From Candidatus Doudnabacteria bacterium RIFCSPHIGHO2_12_FULL_48_16 (GTDB lineage Bacteria > Patescibacteriota > Doudnabacteria > UBA920 > O2-02-FULL-48-8): DNA of 64,000 nt. Numbering within the stretch: the stretch's first letter is position 1; each line of letters starts with the position of its first letter. The DNA is taken from the NCBI GenBank assembly GCA_001780035.1, contig MFEY01000007.1, positions 123,155 through 187,154 on the forward strand, given 5' to 3'. The notes under the pieces are model-generated. The model had not been told where the DNA came from, made no database searches, and saw only the letters and a list, made by a program, of their open reading frames with translations. The position numbers and the translations under genes are program-made. Of the stretch, positions 57,855 to 64,000 are shown in pieces.

Positions 57855-59249
57855 CTACTGCAACAGTTGCCAGGACTGATCCTGAATTTCCCACCCGCCG
57901 CCAGGTCCCGATGAAAACAGCGGGCTAGCTAGGCCGGATTCATAAGTCACGGATGCGCCATTGCTCAAATGGATTTTATTGGCTGTGATTTCTTTGAGCG
58001 CCGCGTTATTGGATACCTCGACCACGCCATCGGCAGCATACAAAATCATAGAGTTGGCGTTGTTGGAAATGGCTATGGCGTTCGCGGTGGTGTTGTTGCG
58101 CTGCGACAAAACCAAAATATAACTGCCGGCAGTGCCGGAACCTTGCGCCTCGGAATTATTGCTGAAGCTAATCAATCCCGCAGAAGAGCTTTCATCCACG
58201 CCGGCCAAAAGAACTCCGCTAAGATTGCCGTAACTGGATGCTAATTTAATTATCGAGCCGTTGCTCAATGTAATCGAGCCGGTGACCCAAATCGTACCGG
58301 TCAAAGTTAGAGTCACGTTATTACTCAAGGTTAAATTGCCGTTGATTTTTTTAGGACCAAGCGAGGCCGAAGCGCCATTGCTCAAACTGTAACTGCTAAT
58401 TACCCCGCCAGCCTCGGCTTCGCTTTCCCAGGCGTCTATCTGTTCATCACTAATCGGGAATGGCATGACTTCCGGATCTTGAAAATTATCCGGGTTAGGC
58501 GTGGTTTGGGTTCCATCAATGCTGCAAGAGGTTTTGCTATCAAAGGTCGCATTGCCATCAATCGAACAGCTCGAAATAGTATCGCTCACAACATCTCCGT
58601 CAACATCCCCGCGCAGTAAGCTCGCGCTGGTCGCGTTCCCACCAACTTCAATATCTTCCAAGAAATGTCCAATGGCATTCGTGTCCACCCGAATATTGTC
58701 AATTTTTCCAGTGGCGCCAGCGACAATCGCGGTGCCGGTGATCCGCGCACCGTTTGATCCGATAATATTACCGTTGGAATATATGTTGCCGACCACCGTG
58801 GAATTATTATCCATGCTCAAGCCGCCGTTACCAGCCTGCACCCCGTAATTAAACGCAACATTGGCATTGCCGATGGTCACGGTCACTTGGACGGTCCGAT
58901 GAGCGGTGGGGCTTGTGGCATTCGGCGTGTATGAATCAATTTTAATCAATTTGGACGTGGCAGACAGGGGGGTGATCACAATGTTATAAACCCCGTTGGC
59001 ATAGGGAGTGTTCGCTTCACCGCTGTAGTTGGCTTGATTGTTGAGTTTCCAAACCGCCAGTTCAACCGCGGCTTCCGCAATATTGATTCCCTGGCCGCGC
59101 GCCACCGACTGCCGGTGCGCCCGAATTTGAAGCCCGGCGTAACCCATCAGCGAAACCACAATACTGGTTACGACCGCCATAAAGACGAGGACCAGGAGCA
59201 AAATCTGACCGTGCTGAGAATTTATAATTTTTAATTTATAATTTTTCAT
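57855..59249 (-). CDS. PilX-like minor pilin with beta-helix C-domain
   Basis: GQILL prepilin site lacking E5, AEA..E.A. Confidence 0.75.
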   Translation of the reverse strand: MKNYKLKIINSQHGQILLLVLVFMAVVTSIVVSLMGYAGLQIRAHRQSVARGQGINIAEAAVELAVWKLNNQANYSGEANTPYANGVYNIVITPLSATSKLIKIDSYTPNATSPTAHRTVQVTVTIGNANVAFNYGVQAGNGGLSMDNNSTVVGNIYSNGNIIGSNGARITGTAIVAGATGKIDNIRVDTNAIGHFLEDIEVGGNATSASLLRGDVDGDVVSDTISSCSIDGNATFDSKTSCSIDGTQTTPNPDNFQDPEVMPFPISDEQIDAWESEAEAGGVISSYSLSNGASASLGPKKINGNLTLSNNVTLTLTGTIWVTGSITLSNGSIIKLASSYGNLSGVLLAGVDESSSAGLISFSNNSEAQGSGTAGSYILVLSQRNNTTANAIAISNNANSMILYAADGVVEVSNNAALKEITANKIHLSNGASVTYESGLASPLFSSGPGGGWEIQDQSWQLLQ

Positions 59250-59253
59250 TTCT

Positions 59254-59820
59254 CTAGTAGTTTCTTAATTTAGCCTTCGATGACGCGGTGATTGACCGGG
59301 TCTGGGCGCCGGCACTTTCCTGTATGGTCAAATCCGTCTGTACCTCCGTCACCAGGCTGTAATCTGGGTTGTTGTAAGTGAAAACCAAACCGTTGATGTG
59401 GTTGGCCAGTTTTTTGGCCGCTGCCGGACGGCTGCTCGCGGCGTCGGGAAAAACTTGCCGCCACAAGTCACTGGCCGACAAATAATAGACTGCATAATCA
59501 AAGGTTCCGGCAACCAAACGGCCGCTGCCATCCACCGACTGAATTTGCAAAATCAGTATCTGCGGTCCGGCGGAATATGTGGAGTGACTAGCTACAGCGC
59601 GGTTAGCCTGCCGCAAATAATTATCAACGTCATCCAGAGCCGCCCGGGCATCCGCCGTAACATTAAGTTCCGCCGTTTCGCTCCGATACAGCCGATTCTG
59701 GCCGATAAACAGATCGCTCAGGATCACCCCGGCCACCGCCACCAGCGCGATCACGATGATGGTTTCGATCAGGGTAAACCCGCGTTTGGTAATTTGTAAT
59801 TTATAATTTGACATTGACAA
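59254..59820 (-). CDS. minor pilin
   Basis: RGFTLIE. Confidence 0.88.
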   Translation of the reverse strand: MSMSNYKLQITKRGFTLIETIIVIALVAVAGVILSDLFIGQNRLYRSETAELNVTADARAALDDVDNYLRQANRAVASHSTYSAGPQILILQIQSVDGSGRLVAGTFDYAVYYLSASDLWRQVFPDAASSRPAAAKKLANHINGLVFTYNNPDYSLVTEVQTDLTIQESAGAQTRSITASSKAKLRNY

Positions 59821-59825
59821 TTCCG

Positions 59826-60221
59826 CTAAGGGTTAATTCCCCCGTTCCCGGCCAAAGTTTTTAACTGCAGCTGTTTGGCGATACCGTCCGTCCAGGTAAC
59901 GGTGACGGTGATTTCCTTAATTCCGGTGTAGCCGGCATAATCCGCGACGGTAAAACTGCCCGCGCCCGAGGGAATCTGGTTGAGCATGGAATCGGAAACT
60001 GCCCCTGATGGCGGCAAAGACACATAGGTGGTCGCGCGCAAACTTTCCATTTGCTTATTCGCCACGCGGTAAGCCAGGTCCTCATATCGCTGTTTGCGGC
60101 TCTGAGCCACGGTATTGAGCGCTGAGGTGTAAAAGGCCAGCAAGGTCACCAGGATAAACATGCTGATGACGACTTCGATCAGTGAAATGCCTGACTCCCG
60201 GTTTGTCTTTTTGATTTTCAA
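59826..60221 (-). CDS. minor pilin (PilV-like)
   Basis: SGISLIE. Confidence 0.88.
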   Translation of the reverse strand: MKIKKTNRESGISLIEVVISMFILVTLLAFYTSALNTVAQSRKQRYEDLAYRVANKQMESLRATTYVSLPPSGAVSDSMLNQIPSGAGSFTVADYAGYTGIKEITVTVTWTDGIAKQLQLKTLAGNGGINP

Positions 60222-61432
60222 TTTATGTTCTGCGTAATGTTGTAAATCGGGGTAATCAAAGCCACGGCCAAAAATCCGACCACAATCCCGATCACGATCA
60301 TAATGACCGGCTCGAGGATCGAGGAAAGATTTTTCATGGTCTGATCGACCTCGGCCTCGTAAAAATCCGCCACTTCGGTCAGCACGGCATCAGTGGTGCC
60401 CGATTCTTCCCCCACTTCCATCATCTGGACCACCAGATTCGAAAACAGCCGCGGCTGCTTTTTGAACGTCGCGGACAGCGGGCTGCCAATTTTCACTTTG
60501 TCAGCCGATTCCGAAATGGTTTGCTGGTAATAAATATTCCCGACCACGTGCGAGGAAACTTCCAACGACTCCACAATCGGCATGCCGGATTTGATCAAAG
60601 AGGCAAACACCCGGGTAAACCGGGCCAGGTTCAGTTTGATAACAATCCCGGACACCACTGGCAAATACAACACGATTTTATGCAGAATCCGCTTGCCGGC
60701 TGTGGTCGTGCGCCAATAAACGAATCCGATCCCGAGCAGGATCACTGCGGCCAAAATCCACAGACCATAATTGGCAAACACATCGACCAGGCCGATGACG
60801 ACCCGGGTCATAAACGGCAATTCGACATTCAGATCCTTAAAAGTGGAGGTCAATTTGGGCAGGACAAACGTAAACATCAAAAATCCGACCGCGGCCAAGG
60901 CGAACATGACAATGATCGGATAGGTCAGAGCGCCGCGGGCTTTGGACAACAAATCATAGTCCCGCTGCATTTGCTCGGCCAGGTATCGCAGATCCTGTTC
61001 CAAATTGCCGGAGGCTTCTCCGACCCGGACCATATTGACGAAAATTGGGGAAAAAACGGATGGATGTTTGGTCATGCTGTCGGCCAACGAAGTCCCGTTC
61101 TCCACCATCCGACCAATGTCGCCGATAATTTGACGAAACCGCGGGTTGGGCGTCTGAGTCGAGAGAATCCTCAGGCAGCGCGACACGGGCAGCCCGGCCT
61201 TGATCATTACCCCCAGGTTTTTCATAAAGGTAATTTTGTCGAGCAGGCTGACCCGGCGCAAGGAATCCAGTAAGCCCCGGACCGACAAACCGGCGCGAAC
61301 GGGTCGGATGCGAACCGGCACCAGCCCCTGTCCGTGCAAATACTCAACCACGCCGGCTTCATTGGCCGCGGTGAAAGTATCCTTTTGGACCAGGCCAGCT
61401 TTGGTTCGGGCAATATAGTTGAATTCAGGCAT
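60218..61432 (-). CDS. pilC: type IV pilus platform protein
   Basis: two T2SSF repeats, GE.SG, ALTYP, LEP. Confidence 0.95.
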   Translation of the reverse strand: MPEFNYIARTKAGLVQKDTFTAANEAGVVEYLHGQGLVPVRIRPVRAGLSVRGLLDSLRRVSLLDKITFMKNLGVMIKAGLPVSRCLRILSTQTPNPRFRQIIGDIGRMVENGTSLADSMTKHPSVFSPIFVNMVRVGEASGNLEQDLRYLAEQMQRDYDLLSKARGALTYPIIVMFALAAVGFLMFTFVLPKLTSTFKDLNVELPFMTRVVIGLVDVFANYGLWILAAVILLGIGFVYWRTTTAGKRILHKIVLYLPVVSGIVIKLNLARFTRVFASLIKSGMPIVESLEVSSHVVGNIYYQQTISESADKVKIGSPLSATFKKQPRLFSNLVVQMMEVGEESGTTDAVLTEVADFYEAEVDQTMKNLSSILEPVIMIVIGIVVGFLAVALITPIYNITQNIN

Positions 61433-61437
61433 TGAAT

Positions 61438-63033
61438 TTACTCTCTGCTAACCCGGATTACTTCTTCGATGGTGGTTTTGCCCTGCAGGCATTTGATAAA
61501 TCCATCCTGCCACATCAGCACCATGCCCTCGTCCACCGCCTTTTGTTCAATCTGGCTGGTCGGCGCACGCTTGAGGATCAGATCCTGAATGGTGGTGCTC
61601 ACTTCCAGGACTTCAAAAATTCCTTTGCGCATGCGATACCCGCTGTGGCCGCAACGGTCGCAGCCCTGGCCTTTGTGAAAAGTCAGTTCGGCCAGGCTCC
61701 GTATCTGCGGCTCGATGAATTTTTCCCGCTTCATAATTGTAAGCAGCGCCGGAATGTCAAAATCTTTTTTCAGGCTGGCTTCCATCTCACCATCAATCCT
61801 GTAATCGATCCGGCAATCCTCGCAGATCTGGCGGGTCAGGCGCTGGCCGACTACGACGTTGACCGTGGAGGCGATTAAATAAGGCTCGACGCCGATATCG
61901 AGCAGGCGCGGCAGAGCCCCAGCCGCGTTGTTGGTATGAAGCGTGGACAGAACCACGTGGCCGGTCAGAGCGGCGTGCACGGCCTCCTCCGCGGTTTCGG
62001 AATCACGGATTTCCCCGATCATCATGATGTTAGGATCCTGCCGCAGGAGCGCGCGCAACCCCATGGCGAAAGTCAGGCCGATTTTGGGGTTGACTTGGGT
62101 CTGGTTAATCCCTTCGATGCGGTATTCAATCGGATCTTCGATGGTGGCAATATTGACCCCCTTGGTGTTGAGCAAAGATAGAATCGTATAGAGCGTGGTG
62201 GATTTGCCGCTGCCGGTCGGGCCGGTGACCAGAATCGCGCCGTGGGGCTTTTTGACGTTGCGGATAATCACTTCGTAATTGCGGTGAATAAATCCCAGCT
62301 CCTCGAGGGTCATGGCTTTGGCTGATTCATCCAACAGACGCAGAACAACTTTTTCGCCGTCAAACACCGGAATGGTGGAAACGCGGAACGAAATATTGTA
62401 ATCGTCTTTTTCCACCTTGAACCGGCCATCCTGCGGCAGGCGGTGTTCGTCAATCTTGAGGCTGCTAATAACTTTGATGCGGGCAATCAGGGCCGGCTGG
62501 ATGACTTTCGGCAGGGTCATGACGTCATGCAGCATCCCGTCAATCCGGTAGCGCACAATGACTTCGTTTTCCTGCGGTTCAATATGAATGTCCGACGCTT
62601 TTTCAAAGATGGCATATTCCAAAAGCGTATCCACCACCCGGACGACCGGAATTTCGGCCGCCATTTCCTTGAGCTTATCCGAAATACTGGCGGAATCGGG
62701 CAGCCCGGCTTTTTCCTGCTTGGAAACGATTTTGGCAAATTCCGCTTCCAGGCTGTTGTGGTATTGCTTGAGGCCATGTTCCAGGGAATCCGGGCTGATC
62801 AAAAACGGCGTGACGATCAGGTCGGTTTTCTTTTTGATCGCTTCCAGAGTTTCCAAATCATTCGGGTCGACCATACCCAGACTTAAGCTGTTGCTATCCT
62901 TGCCAAAAGCGATAACTTTGTGGCGCCGGGCAATCGGTTCCGGGACCAAAAGCAACACTTCCTTGGGAATCAAGCCGACATTCATCAAGTCGACGGATTG
63001 GGTTTGGGTAAGTTGTTCGGAGTTAGCGGGCAT
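61438..63033 (-). CDS. pilB: type IV pilus assembly ATPase
   Basis: ASDIHIEP, GPTGSGKSTT, LRQDP, tetra-Cys. Confidence 0.95.
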   Translation of the reverse strand: MPANSEQLTQTQSVDLMNVGLIPKEVLLLVPEPIARRHKVIAFGKDSNSLSLGMVDPNDLETLEAIKKKTDLIVTPFLISPDSLEHGLKQYHNSLEAEFAKIVSKQEKAGLPDSASISDKLKEMAAEIPVVRVVDTLLEYAIFEKASDIHIEPQENEVIVRYRIDGMLHDVMTLPKVIQPALIARIKVISSLKIDEHRLPQDGRFKVEKDDYNISFRVSTIPVFDGEKVVLRLLDESAKAMTLEELGFIHRNYEVIIRNVKKPHGAILVTGPTGSGKSTTLYTILSLLNTKGVNIATIEDPIEYRIEGINQTQVNPKIGLTFAMGLRALLRQDPNIMMIGEIRDSETAEEAVHAALTGHVVLSTLHTNNAAGALPRLLDIGVEPYLIASTVNVVVGQRLTRQICEDCRIDYRIDGEMEASLKKDFDIPALLTIMKREKFIEPQIRSLAELTFHKGQGCDRCGHSGYRMRKGIFEVLEVSTTIQDLILKRAPTSQIEQKAVDEGMVLMWQDGFIKCLQGKTTIEEVIRVSRE

Positions 63034-63090
63034 AAAAAATAAATCAAAGGTCAAAAATCAGAAGTCAAAAATAAAACTAAGCGCTTCGCA

Positions 63091-63143
63091 ATCCTAAATT
63101 TATTTCAGGATCTCGTTTTGGGATGCTGAAACCAGTTCAGCAT
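63091..63143. repeat. REP-like double hairpin
   Basis: ATCCT.AA..TTCAGGAT and ATGCTGAA..TTCAGCAT. Confidence 0.65.
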
Positions 63144-63276
63144 TTCGTTTTAGGCTACAAAATTAAATATTGTCCATTGTTATTTATTTCAAATTCTTTT
63201 TGATTTCTGACTTCGTTAAGCGTAATTACCTATTTATTATAGCATAATTGGGCTTAAAAATAAAATTGTAAACCAA

Positions 63277-63304
63277 AACACCTCGGCCGATGGCCGAGGT
63301 GTTT
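63277..63304 (-). terminator. intrinsic terminator
   Basis: AAACACCTCGGCC-GAT-GGCCGAGGTGTTT. Confidence 0.75.
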
Positions 63305-63326
63305 CTTGTTACATGTTGCGTGATTA

Positions 63327-64000
63327 TTACTCCACGCTTCCGTTACCAGTATACGCGGCCAACGAAGCGCTAATCGCATTCGATGTCTTATAACCTCTGG
63401 TGGTTAGGTCCGTGGTCGAGGAAAAGCTTAATTTTTTGCCGTCAGAGACGAGGTAGTAAGTTCCCCCGTCATTAACTAAGGTGCCATCGCGGAATTTCAC
63501 GATCGCGCCTTCGGTCAGGGCAATATCTGCCGCATTCGCTCGAGCGACATCCCCAAGTTTGAAGCCATAAGTATTAAACACATTCATGGATTCAAAGCCT
63601 GTTTTTTTGCCATCTCGAATCCACCAGATGGTCTGGCCTTCTTTGACCAGAGCGCCATCCGGATGAACTTCGGTGCTAGTGCCAATCGGATTGCCTGTTA
63701 AATAATCCGACAAATTAATCTTGGGTAAGCCGGAGAGATTATAACCAAGACCTCTTAGAACCGCCATAGAGGTAAAGCCGCGCTTGGTTCCGCTACTGCC
63801 GACCATGTAGACAGTTTTACCATCCGCGGCATCCAGCACCAAGGTGCCTTCCAGGGCTTTTTGGACGAATTCAGCTTGCGGCATGGCTTTATCTTGGGCA
63901 TTGGCCGCCACGGCTTGGCCAAAGGTGTAGCCATGCGACTTATACTCATTCGCGTTACGGAACCCAACCCGCTTGCCGTTTTTGATCAGATAAAACGTGC
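63327..64000 (-). CDS. repeat-containing surface protein, C-terminal part (5' end outside the window)
   Basis: repeats [HF]xDG.LV..G.T.Y....G.K..F.S......GY. Confidence 0.7.
   Translation of the reverse strand, partial: TFYLIKNGKRVGFRNANEYKSHGYTFGQAVAANAQDKAMPQAEFVQKALEGTLVLDAADGKTVYMVGSSGTKRGFTSMAVLRGLGYNLSGLPKINLSDYLTGNPIGTSTEVHPDGALVKEGQTIWWIRDGKKTGFESMNVFNTYGFKLGDVARANAADIALTEGAIVKFRDGTLVNDGGTYYLVSDGKKLSFSSTTDLTTRGYKTSNAISASLAAYTGNGSVE

Overview
Chromosomal window from a small-genome bacterium using the standard genetic code. Gene content and repeat style suggest Patescibacteria/CPR, possibly Doudnabacteria; this is an inference. Left to right: pnp-rpsO, a Xer-type recombinase, a redox/copper region (DsbA/B, DoxX, CopB, CsoR with its operator), and an amino-sugar modification cluster. 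Next is a ~12 kb AT-rich accessory tract running to the 3' end of tRNA-His, then a partial de novo purine cluster (purH N-domain, purB, C, M, E, Q, L), Zur-ZIP, holA and a type IV pilus locus. There are four tRNAs. Most interesting signals: (1) seven TGGGGT-cored att-like sites downstream of tRNA-His that divide the tract into cassettes, with no recombinase in it. (2) A promoter, tandem motif and terminator leader in front of an adhesin/dockerin/cohesin operon, divergent from a Com-like zinc-ribbon-PAS gene, suggesting a signal-gated antitermination switch. (3) Two ~100-bp MITE-like elements inserted exactly at start codons with ATGAAT duplications. (4) GC-rich palindromes inserted in frame in four genes. 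All calls are from motif recognition by eye; no database search was run.
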